From: Podarcis filfolensis | Taxonomy: Eukaryota | Reading direction: 5' to 3' (one strand) | NCBI GenBank assembly: GCA_964270895.1 | Contig: OZ185438.1 | Length of the DNA stretch: 64,000 nucleotides | Shown: piece after piece, positions 35,863 through 48,754 of the stretch | Position numbering within the stretch: the stretch's first letter is position 1 | How the letters are laid out: each line of letters opens with the position of its first letter | Program-made: the position numbers and the translations under genes | Notes under the pieces: model-generated | The model's input: the letters and a program-made list of their open reading frames with translations, nothing else | What the model was told of the DNA's origin: nothing | Databases searched by the model: none

Positions 35863-37155
35863 TATATGGAGAGCATCTTGCCCAAGTATCCTCCCAAACA
35901 TGCCACTGCTACTTCTGTCAGATATTCCTTACATATGACCATGAACTGTATCTTATCCCCTGCTCCATGTCTATCAGATGGAGGTACTAGTGGGATAGTA
36001 ACAAAGGTGCAAAGCAAAATATGGTCTGGATCAGCTTTCCCTCTGCCTGGTGCCTTCCAGATGTTGCTGAACTCCAGCTCCCATCACCCCCCCCAGCCAT
36101 CAAGGTCAGTGGTCAGGGATGGTGGGAGCTGGAATAGAACAACATCTGGAGGGCAGCAGGTCCGGGCAAGGTTGCCGTAAATAATAAAACTGTATGGACA
36201 ATAAATCGGTGGCTGCTGGTACGGAGACAGCTCGGTGTGGCTGCATTCTGTTAATAAGGCTTCCATGTGCAGTTCAGTCACTAAGGGAGGGAGGGGGAAA
36301 TAAGAGGAAATTCTTAATTCATGGAAGGAGAGCTACATGGACATCTCTCTACAAGTGGAGTATTGTCTTGTATGGAGTAATATTGAAAGGTTCATAACAT
36401 GGGGCTGGATCTAAGCCATCAAAAGAAACATGGAAAGTGAAACACCCCTTTTTCTCAGAATAATAGTGTTTCCTATGTGTAGAGTAGCCTCTTTGTTCAA
36501 GCATAAATCCTGCATTCATTACCCTGTTGTGATCATATCTAGAAAATTTGAGTGACCCTGGGATGCTTTTGAAATTTTGGCTTGCAAAGGGGGAGGGTTC
36601 CTTCTTTGTTGCATTTGAGGCCCTGAAGCACACCTAGGCTGTAATTCTTTTTCTTTTTACTGGCATTCCCTGTCAGGGAGCAGAACGGCTTCTTCCCCAC
36701 ACCTGAAATGTCCACTGCACGGCTACAACATTGATGCAAAACTATTCCCACCCCATTATGTGGAGATATCATTGGCACTAGTATAAAAGAAACGTTGGGG
36801 GCCCCATCCTACCCCCCAAAAGGCCCTGAAAGAGTGCTGTTCTGTGGCATTGGTGTGTATGTGATGAGCTCAAAAGTATTGTCATTAAAATGAAAGAATA
36901 TCCTGCAATGATTTCTAACAGCTGGTTATAGCTAAGAACTGGGAAAATTTTAATGTGTGAAGATAAGTAAAGTATGGCATATAGGACAGTTAGCCAAGTT
37001 AAGTGATGTTATACTAAGAGATGGAATACAAAAAGAATTTTTTTAAAAAAATATGAGTGAACAATGCCCTTGACTTTGGAAGAATGGATATAAGTATATA
37101 TTGTTGGTAAAATACAACTCTGTTCAGATGAATGCATTCTACATACTACTGTATA

Positions 37156-37372
37156 CAGTGGTACCTTGGTTTGCAACCGTTTTGGATTACAACCATGTCA
37201 AACCCTGAAGTGTGTGTCCCTTTTTTTGGATTTGCAACCCATTTTTGGGGGATTACAACCAATTATTTTTTTTGGAGGCCCCATTGGCATAAGCGCGCCT
37301 TGGTTTACAACCTGTTTTGGTTTACAACCGGACCTTCAGAACGGATTATGGTTGTAAACCAAGGTATCACTG
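37156..37372. mobile_element. Tc1/mariner-superfamily MITE (third subfamily)
   Basis: TIR CAGTGGTACCTTGGTTT / AAACCAAGGTATCACTG with a TA TSD. Internal (t/g)acaacc repeats. Confidence 0.87.
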
Positions 37373-39158
37373 TATTTGTGTAGTTTTGACAGTCTGATAT
37401 TGTAGTTTAATGTGTTTTTGGAAAGAGTGAGAAAAAGTTTGCTCTAGATCATGGAAGGATGTAGTTAATCACTAAAACTACACATTTATTACAGTGACTT
37501 ACATAACAGATATTAAAGTCGTGAAGCGAAATGTTTCTCTTTTGCCTTCTTTAGCTGCCAAAATGTTTTGCTTTAGGAAGCTCCTGACTTGAAGGTCCTT
37601 TGGTAGCAGTGCTACAGAGACTGGGACTCTATAAATGAAATCCTTGGGTTTTCTGAGTCAACATACTGTATAGGCTTGGACTGCAAAGAACCTTAGTGGC
37701 ACAAGTTGTGCCACAATGAACGCCAGCACAGATTTCCTGGCTGGAGTGATAGCAATGAGGTTCCATCAGCAAACACCTTCATAACTCTGGCTGGATTTGT
37801 GTTGTTTTAAAAAAAACTGTAAAGTTTCACCATATCTTGCTTTCCTAACAGGTATTATTATCAAAACAGCTATATACTTATGAATGTTTCATTAGGGTTC
37901 TATGTATTTATAGCACTTTACTTAGCAAAGAGTGACGGTACCAGCTATCTGAAAACAAATATCACACACAAACACAGCTTAAGTAGAACAACCCGCAGCA
38001 ACAAAACCGGGGCAACAGCCTGTCAAAATGCTTCTATTCCTAGATGATGGGATGGATATTGGTTAGCAAACTGAAATATAAAGGGGTAAGAAATGAGCAC
38101 TGCTGTTAAATATTTATGTGGACACCCACAGAAAACACGTTTTGTGATCCCTTCTCTTTCCTCTACAAGGGCTTTTTTGTGAACAGAGGCATAAGAAGAC
38201 TTCAAAGTGGTTCCGTGGGCTCAGATGAATGGCTGTCAACATCGTGGACAGGTGACGCCAGCTTCAAAGCCTCAAGTCCCTTTCAAGAGGTAGGCAGTGA
38301 ATTAGCTGCCTGTGTTGGTTTTGCAATGGATGAACTGAACGGTTGTGTCCCCAGGGCTGTCCTGTGCTGCAAGTCACTCTGTGCTTTAAGGAGCAGTGTT
38401 CACCTGAGAAAAATCGAACTTCTTATTTAGTGACTTTTCTTTTCTTTTCTTTTTTTTTTAGTGACTTTTCATCCTCTCAAGACTGTGCTCGTCTCTGAAC
38501 TAAGCCACACTGAGCTAGTTCACAAAACATGCTAAACCAGACCTTGACTTGGGGAGACAGTGCAAACCAACCACAAACTGTAGTGGTTAGTGGGGAGAGT
38601 GCTTAACCACCAATCCCAGCCAGTGGCGTAGTAAGGGGGGTGCCAGAAGGGGCCATGGTGCTGGGCATGGATTTTGGAGGGGGTGCGAAGCAGGCGTCCC
38701 CCCACAGGCCTGTCCCAGTGCTCCTCTCCCAGCATTGGAGGAACCAATGTTCATGGAAAGGACCATGGGTTGGGCTGTGCTGTGGGTGCTGGCATGGGAA
38801 CACTTGCTTCACACCCAAGTACTGTTAACTGGCTGGGCTCCAGGTGGCAGCAGCCTGCCTGGATCCCAGCCTTGCAAGGCTGCTGGGGGGATGCGTTGTG
38901 GCGACATGGCAGGCCATGCACCTGAGGGGCGTGTGCCTGTTGCACCCTTCTTGACCCACCCTCCCGAGCCATGCAAGGCCGCTCATGGAGGGTAGTTTGG
39001 GGACACAGCAACCATGCACCCTTCAATCCCATTTTGACTTTTCTGAGTTTGTTTTTCCAATGTAAAGTTTGGTTCACCACATTTCCACATCAGTTTGTGA
39101 CTTTTAAAAACCCACAAAAACCCCACATGAAAATTTGTCTGTATTTTAGCACACATTG

Positions 39159-39592
39159 TGTAATGGTTTTAGGGGTTGCTCGTGCGTAAGTTACCGCTGC
39201 TCTGGGCTAGGTTGCCTGGTTAAACCTTTTCTGTCTGGACAGCCATTCTCTCCGTGGCTGTTCAGTCGCTAGCAGAATCCGTCAGTGGGCGTTTCTTGAA
39301 CCTCTTCCAGCAAAGAAGTTCTTTGACGCCAAGTCGCCGCCTACTCTCCCTGCGCGGAAGTCTTCTGCGCAGGGAGGGCGTGGGCAGCGGCGTACCCGTG
39401 CTCTCCCTGCTGGTCTCCGGTGAAGAGTCCTGGAGCCTCCTCTCCGCTTCCCCCATCGGCCCCCCTCTATCCCTGGTGTTACGCTGATTTTCTTCCCCAG
39501 CCGGAGAGCTGCCTCTCTCCCTGCTTGGCCCTTCTCCAGCATCGCTGTGGAGCCTTGCCTCCTCCTCTAGTTCCGATGGCAGTTCCCTGACA
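39159..39592 (-). mobile_element. GC-rich solo LTR inserted into the AT-rich dispersed repeat
   Basis: Minus strand reads TGTCAGGGAACTGCC...CCATTACA. 5-bp TSD CATTG (39154-39158, 39593-39597). Confidence 0.85.
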
Positions 39593-40515
39593 CATTGCAA
39601 AGAATTTCCCCTAATACAATGTATTTTGATATTTTCACCAATATATTAATGTTTAGGCACATTTTCTCAGCATATATGCTTTTTTGTACACTTTTGGCGG
39701 GGGGTGGAGAATTGCACTGCAGGTTTTGGAGAAGTATGACTTCTGAAGGGTAAATCTGTTTGTATATTGTTTTGGAAACTGCAAATGACAGAGGTTCTCA
39801 TTACAGTGCAAACGACACTAAATTTCTCCCTTACTCCTAGTGCACCCTTGGAACTTAGCACTGCTTGGAAGCATGGGTTGAGTGTAAGCATATAAATGAA
39901 CCTCAAGATGCAAAAAGGCTGGAAGTCACCAACCCTAAACTAAACAACTGGCTATTTCACCACAGCCTTTTATTTCTTTGGTTTTGTTTCGCAGAGTGTG
40001 AAAGTGCCAGTGGGAGTGTCATTGGAGAGGGAGCAGTCTGATGCTTTTGTGCCCCAGTTGGGAATCAAAGAGAAAATCTCTCAGGCTTCAGCTGCTTAAG
40101 AAGGCTTGACCTCTCTCTCCAAGACATTCACTGCATTGTCTCTCTCCACCCCCACTTTTTTCCTTTTTCTTTTCGGGAACACACAAGGAGAAACAGAACA
40201 AGCAGAGTGGATGCAACAAAGCGAGGACAATGAGCAGAGCAGAACATACTCAATAAAGAGGGTGCAGTCTGAGGAGACCTCAAACAAACCTCCTGGCTTT
40301 TATTCTCCTTACTACAGTTCAGTTGTTCTTAAGCAGGTTGCAGTGTTTTCATATGGACAGCAGCCAGTGTTTCTGGGACCCTTTACTATTGAGTCAAGCT
40401 GATACAGAACATATTAAAGCAGTCATCTTTCTTGTTTCCCTGTTTGGCTAGCAGAGTGCTTTGTGGCTTTTAATACTTCTCTACCAAGTTGCTGCTAACT
40501 GCATTTATCTACACC

Positions 40516-40661
40516 CAGTGCTTTTTTTCTGGGGGGACGCAGGGGTACGTATACCCCTAAACATTTTGTGAATCTACCTTTGGCCTCATTGAGGGGCAGT
40601 ATTTCAATATGAGTAGGAAAATGAGAGTACCCCTAAACATTTTTTAAGAGAAAAAGCACTG
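40516..40661. mobile_element. hAT MITE
   Basis: TIR CAGTGCTTTTT / AAAAAGCACTG with a perfect 8-bp TSD TCTACACC. Confidence 0.92.
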
Positions 40662-43600
40662 TCTACACCACTAAAAAAAAAGGGGACACATATTTGCATA
40701 GAATCTACTAATTTATATAGAGAGTTGCAAATTTAGAAATAATAGTTGATGCCCCAATTAGTCATAGAGTTGACTGAAATCAATTAACTTAAGCAACAAG
40801 TCTGTTAATTTTGAGTATGACAATTGCATTTCAACCAATTACTCTAATGTAAACAATTCTTATTTCTTATTAATTTATAGAACACCTATATGCCAAAATA
40901 GCTTCTAAGCTGTTTAGAACTATTTAACCAATAATAAAAATGCACAATAGCATTCCATTGGGGCATTAAAACATTCTCAATTAAAATATGCAATAAAACA
41001 AAAATCACAGCAAATAAAAGAATAAAATCAGAAATAGAAAACCATATATCTCACCATGGTGGAAAAGACAGTAACCAGCTTGTCCAAGTGCCCAGTGCTG
41101 ATTGATCACTTCAAAGCCCCTGCTTTCCCTTCTCATGGTTATTTTTAATCGAGGTCTGTCATCTGTAAATAATGGCATATTTATTTATTTCCTTTCCTTT
41201 ATATGTCACCTTTATTTTCCAAGGATCTCAAGGTGGTGTATATGTTTTTTCTTCCTCCCCATTTCCTCCTCACAACAACCCTGTGATGTAGGTTAGGCTA
41301 AGAGATGGTTGCTGGCCCAAGGTCACCATCGTGGCTGAGTGGGGGTTCAAACCCTGGTCTCCTAGGTCATAGTCCAACACTCTAACCATTACTCCTAGTG
41401 CCCTCCAGATGTTGCTGGACTACAAGCCTTATTCCCTCTATTGGCATTGCTGGCTGGAGCGGATGGGAATCAAAGTCACATCAAAGGCTACAGACCTCCC
41501 ATCCTAGCCTTAAAGACTTGTATAGGGAGGGGAGCTGCTACTGCAATCCACCATATGCATGTTGGTATATGTCTGGAGTGGCTCATCATTGGAGCTTTAG
41601 GCTTTTGGTGGAGTGACTCCAGTTAGTCAACGGTCATGCTGGCTGGGGTTGAAGGAAGTTGGCATTCCAGCAACCTCTGAAGCACCAGGGATGAGCCAAC
41701 ATTTGGACACAGCATTAGCAACGCCTTGTGTATATGATGCAAGCACAGTTGGGGGGCGGGGAAAGCTTATCTTTTGGTCTTTGAACATTAAGATAAATTG
41801 CTCACACTTGTAAAAGCTGAGGACATGCAGCAGTTAGCCAGCTTTATTTTCCTGCCAGCCACCAATGTTGGTTACTTAGCATAAAGAGATCCAAGACCTT
41901 GCTTTCTCTGTTCAGCATGATTGTTGACGGTGTCTCTCAAAAGCCTCCATCTTTTTAAATTCTAAACCCCTCTCTGATTTCTTATTGTTAGGGGATTAAT
42001 GGGAATAAAAGGCAAGCTCCACCTTTTCAATGCATTGGTATTGGCTCAGAATAGGAAGGGCAAGAGAAAAGGGGAGGGGGATCAGAATTTCAGTTTGCTT
42101 CTGTTTCTCTTTTCTAAATTCTGTAGTTAATGGCGTTGGCTTTAGAGTGTGCTAGGCCAGCAAGTTTGAATCTGGTTTTGGGACACTCCCACCAGAATTT
42201 GTTTTGGAGGGCGGGGGGACCAGGTCCCTCCTGAGGTTTTTGTGCAACACTCAGAGGATGTAGATTTCAAAAAGTATGAGAGGCAAACTAGTAGCCCATC
42301 CCTGCTGTGTTCTGTGGATTTGCCTTGCTTATTGCAGAGGTCTGTCTCTTTTCCTCCCTGTCGCTTAAGGCTCATCATCAGCTTTGTAGCATGAAGGATC
42401 CTGCCAGAGGTAGGTATGCCTTTTCGACTTTTCAGGATGCTAGTTTTGTAATGGGTGTCCCCTTTAGGGGTACTTTCTTCTCCCAAGAGGCATCATTTGC
42501 ATGCAATGGCACAAGAAGCCTTGGTGATGCAAGAAATTCACCAGACCAGTGACAGACAGTGTGTACAAAGGACTGTGAGCTGTGGTGGTGGGTGACTTGA
42601 GCACCCCTCCAAGCTGTTAAAAGCAAAGCTCACATGGCAAGGAGCCCTGGTGGTGCTGGGTGGGGGAGGGGGCCGGTTGCTGTGACAACGGAGGCATTTG
42701 AAATGGCCTGGGCCTCAAACTTTACTCCACTCAGTTAACTTTCTGTCAGGTTCCCAAACGGGCACAACCAAAAGGCGGTTCTCTCAAAAACTTCTCAAAA
42801 ACCCTTAGGAAATGTTAAGAGAATTTCCCTCCAAAACGCAACCAACCTCTTCAAGGGATATCACCACAGAGCTGTTAGTAGGCCGAGAGGGTCCTAAAGA
42901 GCTGTTGGCTGTGTTAGTTTACAAGTCATATTTTTTCGGCCTTCAGCTCAATCTTCCTGCTTAATTAATTAGGGAAGAAGATGGGGGACCATTTTTTTTC
43001 CTTGCATGCCCCTGCCTTCCTTAGAAGCCATTGGCATTGTGTTTAGGGGACTCTGCTGTTTAATCGGCAGGAGCTGAAGTGATTTACCCCTGAAGTGAGG
43101 GGGTGGGATCAGCTAAGGTTGAAACCAGCGGGAAAAGGAAGCTAAGAAGCGTCACAGAGTCATCATGGAAGAGATCTGGCCACTGTCGTTTTTGTGCAAT
43201 ATGTTGTTTGCAAGCAGCCCACTGGTAAGCAAAGCTTGTTCCTTCTAATCCAGTCTCCATGGACCATTTGCAATCTTGCAAATACTATGCCGGGCTCTGT
43301 GCCTGATATACCCGCTTCCGCTCCTAGGCAGTACGATGGCAGAATCTGGGTCCTGCTCAGAAGATGTCCTAGGCTTCTCAAACAATGTTTGAGAGAGCGG
43401 GACTGTGCATGCTTGCCCTGCATCCCAGTCATCCTGTCCTCTGCTGGCCTTCCTGTCAAATGTACATGGGCATCGTCAGGGCTCTCCCAGTGAACCACAC
43501 CATGGATTTGTCAGGGCTTGCCCAAGACATTGTTTTGCCTGAGGCAGGAGCAAACCATGTCATGTGTGCAGAAACTGATTGGACTGGTGATTGAATGTTG

Positions 43601-44499
43601 CTTCGGCCACGGGATATGAGAAGCATCCATACCAAACGTTTAAAGTACCGGTACATGACTTTTTCCTGAAGAATCTTGGAAGCTGCAGTTTTACCTACGG
43701 CAGAGCTATAATTCCCAGCATCCTTAACAAACTGCAGTTCCCAGGATTTTCTGGGGGCGGGGGGAGGCCATGTGTTTTAAATGTGTGTGAAATGTATGGT
43801 GTAGATGTGACCTAAGTGCCCTTTGGTGCACCTGAGGGCAGCAGGCTAGTATGACAAGCCACACAGCTCTGATCTCTAATGGAAAGGAATGGCTCAGGAG
43901 ATATGGCAGGGTGGGCTCTTCAATGCTGCCCCCGGGCATCTGGGGCAATTGCCTCTCTCTGCCTATTGTTCCAAGGATATTGTGTAGTGTTTGCTCCTCT
44001 AAGTATTCAAAGCTCTATGCTCCAGTGCGAACCTACTATGGTTGATCATGTAGCAAGATTTTTCTGATAGAGGAAGAGGGGGAGGGGGGAGAAAGCCTCT
44101 CTACTGGCTGGTTTTCCTGGCAGGGCAAGTAGGTTTGTGGGGCAGGGTTACCAGCTAAATTTTATATTACCTCTATTTAGTAATTTGGTATTTTGCTTTA
44201 GAAAACATGTTTGATACCGGAAACAGTTGGGGGGGTGTTTGAACAAAAGTTATTGTTATAAGCATTTAGCACAATTTTAGGAAGAAAGTAAATCTTAGTA
44301 TTGTGGATAGGGCCTGACATTTAGGACTTGTGGCTTCTTGAAATGCCATAAGAGCTAGCTGCTTTGCATACTGTTGCCACAAACAAGGATTTTGTGACAC
44401 ATGAGCTGTAGTTGTACAGAAACAAGCGGTCACAGATGGGAAGTCCCTCTCTCAAACACTAGCAGATTTCAGGCAGCCACCACAATCATGTGCACTTGT

Positions 44500-44685
44500 C
44501 AGTAGGTCAGAGGTACCAATGCTTCTGAATACCAGTTGCTGGAAATGGCAGGAGGGGAGAATGCTCTTATGCTCAGGTCCTGTTTGCTGTTTTCCCACAG
44601 GTACATATCTGGTTGGCCCCTGTGAGAACAGGATGCTGGACTAGATGAGCCATTGGCCTGATCCAGCAGGCTCTTCTTATGTTCT
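44500..44685 (+). mobile_element. CR1-type LINE 3' end (ttcttatgtt tail family)
   Basis: tctgaataccagttgctgg...tgtgagaacaggatgctggactagatg.gccattggcctgatccagcaggctcttcttatgttct. Second copy at ~49085-49245. Confidence 0.7.
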
Positions 44686-45880
44686 GAGGTATGGGGTCAT
44701 AGCTTGGTGGTGGAGCATCTACTTTGCATACAGATGGTCTCAGCTTCAATCTTCAGGTACGACTGCGAGAGACCCTTGTATGAAGCTCTGGAGAGCTGCT
44801 GCTATTCATTGTATACAATGGACCAATGGGCTGACAGCTGATATAAGACAGCTCCCTACGTTCCTATGTAGGAACATAGATTGATTCACTACAAGTGCAA
44901 TGCTGCTCTGTGATCAAAGAGTTAACCCATGAACCAATTAAGCTCAGACCACAGGAGGCTGTGAGGTGAGGATTCAGTGGGAAACATTAGCAGCCCAAAT
45001 CCATACACATGCACTTGGGACAGGAGAGATCTCACAGAGTAAACATGGGTTGAATGGAATAGACATTATCTCCCAGTTCCACATTTGCACAACAAACTAC
45101 ACAAAAGCTTGAGTGACAACTTTTTTGACTACATTTTGCTTAGGCTTCTGCCAGTTTATGCCCTTCTGCAGTAGTCTCACGTTCCACCCTATTGAATCCT
45201 GTTTGTTTTATTTTATTTCAGCATGTTTATCCTGCCCAATCATCTGTCACCTCTGGGCATCTCACACATGAAAAAAATATAATACAAATACAATAATAAA
45301 AGTAAAAGAATCATTATATAAAAGCAACACAAAATTAGCAAAAGCCGTGAGAAAAACGTACAATAGCAAAAAATAAAAAATCAGTGTAACAGTGCTAATA
45401 AATATATACACATAGAATAGTAGAGTTGAAAGGCACCCCAAGGGTCATCTAGACCAACTCCTGCAATATATATATATTAAAGGGAAATAGAATAGATCTA
45501 TGTCCTCAGATATCTTGCATTGTAATGATTCAATGCCCAAAGGAAGAGGATAATGTTTAGAAGAAATATATAGTTATGCTAAGTTATTTATATATGAAAA
45601 GGCCTAGTGAATGCTTTTAATTTACTTGAACCCTGCTGAGGCCTGTTTGTGTGGCGTGCAGGGGGTTAGGCTGCCAAAGGGATGTCTAATTATCATGTCC
45701 ACAGGCCAGTTAGTCCAAAGCACCTGCTCTTCTGTGCTTTTTACATTACAAAGTAATCAGAACATTGGCGCCTTCCATCTCTGCAAAACAAAAAGCATCT
45801 TGAAGCAGTTTTGATGGAAAGTGACACAACCCATTACAAACATCAGTAGCCATAAGGTAAGAAATCTTATTGTGCAATGG

Positions 45881-45962
45881 GAAACAAATCTTCAGCTGAT
45901 TTTCAGGAAAACAAAATGATTTTCAGGAAAACAAAATCTTCAACTGATTTTCAGGAAAACCA
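45881..45962. repeat. short tandem repeat, unit tgattttcaggaaaac x3
   Basis: Direct read of the sequence. Confidence 0.85.
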
Positions 45963-47512
45963 AACGAGACCTAGTTAAATGAAAAAGAGAATAATCCCAG
46001 TGTCTCTCTCTGTGTGTGCTTTATTTTTATTTTTTATTTTTTTTTAAGAATACAAAGAGGGATTGGTTTTTAATTCTTCAGGTTGTAAGGGGGATCACTA
46101 AACCATCAAAAAAAGAGAGGGCAAAGGAGGGGGCAGATTTGCAAAACAACAACAACCAGCTTGTATTCATTTATGTCTGTAGGTGCTAATTTAGAAATAA
46201 TTACTTCAGTTTAAATAGAATGTAATACAGAGCTTTCCTGGTGGTTGTGTGCCTGCACAGTCTGCTGTCCAGCTTAAAATTGTGGTTCTTTAACTTTAAA
46301 TGGGATTTGGACTGGACAGAGCCCTTCAAACAGAGTACCATCCTCTGTAAAGTGACCATTCTGTGTGAAGGAGACTTCTTTTCTAGATGAGCCTACCTAA
46401 TTTACACTTTTCGAAACAAGGTGCAAGCTGAAACATAACCACCCTTCAAAATTCACTCTTCTCCAGATTTTGCGATGCATTTCTCCAGCTAAGTAATATG
46501 TACAGAAATGCATATACTAAAGTGTGCTGAAAATGCATTATGTAGAGCTGAAAATAACATACAAAAATGCTTCATATGAGGGCATGTTGCTTTGCAAAAT
46601 TGTTTATATGAGGCAAAATTGAACAGAAAAATGCATATTAGAATAAATTTGCAGTAAAGTGCTGATGAATATTAATGAGGACTTTAAAAATGCTAACTGA
46701 TGTGGTAGTATGGAAAATTAAACTTAAGGTTGGCAGAATGAGAAAGAGAAACTGAGAGAAACCAAAACTGACAGATCTGCTCATTCCCATAGTGGTCTCC
46801 TCCTCTCCTTATTTATGGGGCATTGTTTATCCTGCATCTCTGTAGCAGCAAAGCTCAAGTTTTACAGCTGTGCTTAAGCCTGGGAACCGAGGCAGGGTAC
46901 CTTTGGTAATACAAAAAACGATTCTGCTGTTGCGCTTTGTTGTCCCTGGATGTTGAGCTTTGTGGTTTGGTCAGAAATATACCTTTGTTCTTGGTGTCCT
47001 TCTCCCGCCACCATTGTTTCCCATTCCATAAATAACCAGACATTTTGCGGTTTGGAAAGTGATAGGTAAATGGACTAAAAAGCATAGGATGAATGAGTGA
47101 TTAATGCGAAGATGTGTAAACACCTGCAAGCAAATCAAGGTGAATGCAGGATGAATGTTCTTTGCTGAATAAATTGGAATGAATGCTCAATAAGTACCAA
47201 ACATAGTATAACCACTGCATAAGCATTGTGCAAGCAAATCAGGATGGATGCTGAATAATAAAGGTCTTCTGGAGAGGCCCTGTGTTTGTTGCTCTTTAAG
47301 GTTAACTCTCCCCCTTGGTGCCACAGCTGTGTGGCATTCCTTTTCACTGGCAATGTTGCTAACTGTTTTAACAGATTAATCTCCGGCTGATCTCTATATA
47401 TTTAATGAACATTACTAATAACCCAAAAGTGCAGTAGCATGGTATTTACATTTTACCATATACAAAGCAAACTGAAAAACTGACCACAGACTGCTATCTT
47501 CTGTGCCCAGTA

Positions 47513-47754
47513 CAGTGGTACCTCGGGTTACATACTCTTCAGGTTACATATGCTTCAGGTTACCGACTCCGCTAACCCATAAATATTACCTCAGGTTAAG
47601 AAATTTGCTTCAGGATGAGAACAGAAATCGTGCTCCGGCGGCGCGGCGGCAGCAGGAGGCCCCATTAGCTAAAGTGGTGCTTCAGGTTAAGAACAGTTTC
47701 AGGTTAAGAACGGACCTCCGGAACGAATTAAGTACTTAACCTGAGGTACCACTG
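47513..47754. mobile_element. Tc1/mariner-superfamily MITE with a 16-bp internal duplication
   Basis: Same TIRs and TA TSD as the copy at 18208. Extra ggttacata..cttca unit near the 5' end. Confidence 0.92.
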
Positions 47755-48697
47755 TATCTGCTTTTTCTCTCATGCAGCTGTGATGCAGAATCACATGGAC
47801 TGAGAAAGCCATAGGCAGCATATCCTGGTAAGTGAACACTATGGATTTGTGCTCCTGGTAATACCCAGGCTATTGGTGTCAGGGGTACCAATTTGAATAA
47901 AATATTATGGGGGCACAGGTAAATCCCACCCCACATAATTAATCACATGATGCAGTGCACACACACCATTTGCATGGGAATGCCCATCAACTTCGCACAG
48001 GCCCAGCCCCCTCAAATATTTTATTGTAGGGGCCGAAGCCCCAACAGCCCCTAGGAGCTGGTTTCTTCACAATGTTATCTTCAAAACAGCCCTATCTTTG
48101 AAGTAGGTTAGTTTTGAGAGGCAAGCAACTGGCATAAATCTTATACTAAGCTACCTTACAGGGATCACCAAGTAAGCTTTGTGGATTTGAACTGAGTACG
48201 CCTAGTATAAGGGCACTTCCATTCAACCTGTTCATTGAGCAGTCGTCCTGATTTGTTTGCAGGGAGGTACATGGCTGTTGCATCAAAACAAGTGTCATCC
48301 CTAGGGTTGCAAGAAGAACATTATTGGTGCAAGTGGTTAGTGTCCCCCAGGGTCCCAAATAGCCTGGCACTAGCTCTGAAGCTACTGACTTATCTACTCA
48401 CTCACCTGATCCCTCATTTTGCTGTTTGCTCACTCAAGGTAGCACCACGGGTGCCTTTGGGAGGACAAGAAGCAACAGAAAACAACCCCTCTGGATGTGA
48501 TGGGTGTCATTTTACTACACACAGAGGAAACTACAAACCTATCTGTGGAGAAATGCTGTGTATAGGGCTGTCTAAATTTCATGCTTTGAAAAAGATTTTC
48601 ATGGCCTCTGTTGATGTCAGAGTGTAACTGTCAGAGTTCGAGGCCTTGTGCTGTTTCTATGTTGCAGGCCTAGCTACTTGCCTTGGTGGTAGAAAGC

Positions 48698-48698
<1 letters not shown>

Positions 48699-48751
<53 letters not shown>
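48699..48751. repeat. (CAGA)n microsatellite
   Basis: Direct read of the sequence. Confidence 0.95.

Positions 48752-48754
<3 letters not shown>

Noticed and set aside
37696-37714. Perfect 9-bp inverted repeat GTGGCACAA-G-TTGTGCCAC
   Set aside because: One such repeat is plausible by chance in 64 kb, and nothing else supports it.
39262-39600. 112-aa Arg/Glu-rich ORF
   Set aside because: It lies almost entirely inside a solo LTR.
43160-43225. Kozak ATG plus MEEIWPLSFLCNMLFASSPL ending at a gtaagc donor
   Set aside because: The nearest acceptor gives only a 29-nt intron, too short for a vertebrate. I found no convincing continuation or homology.
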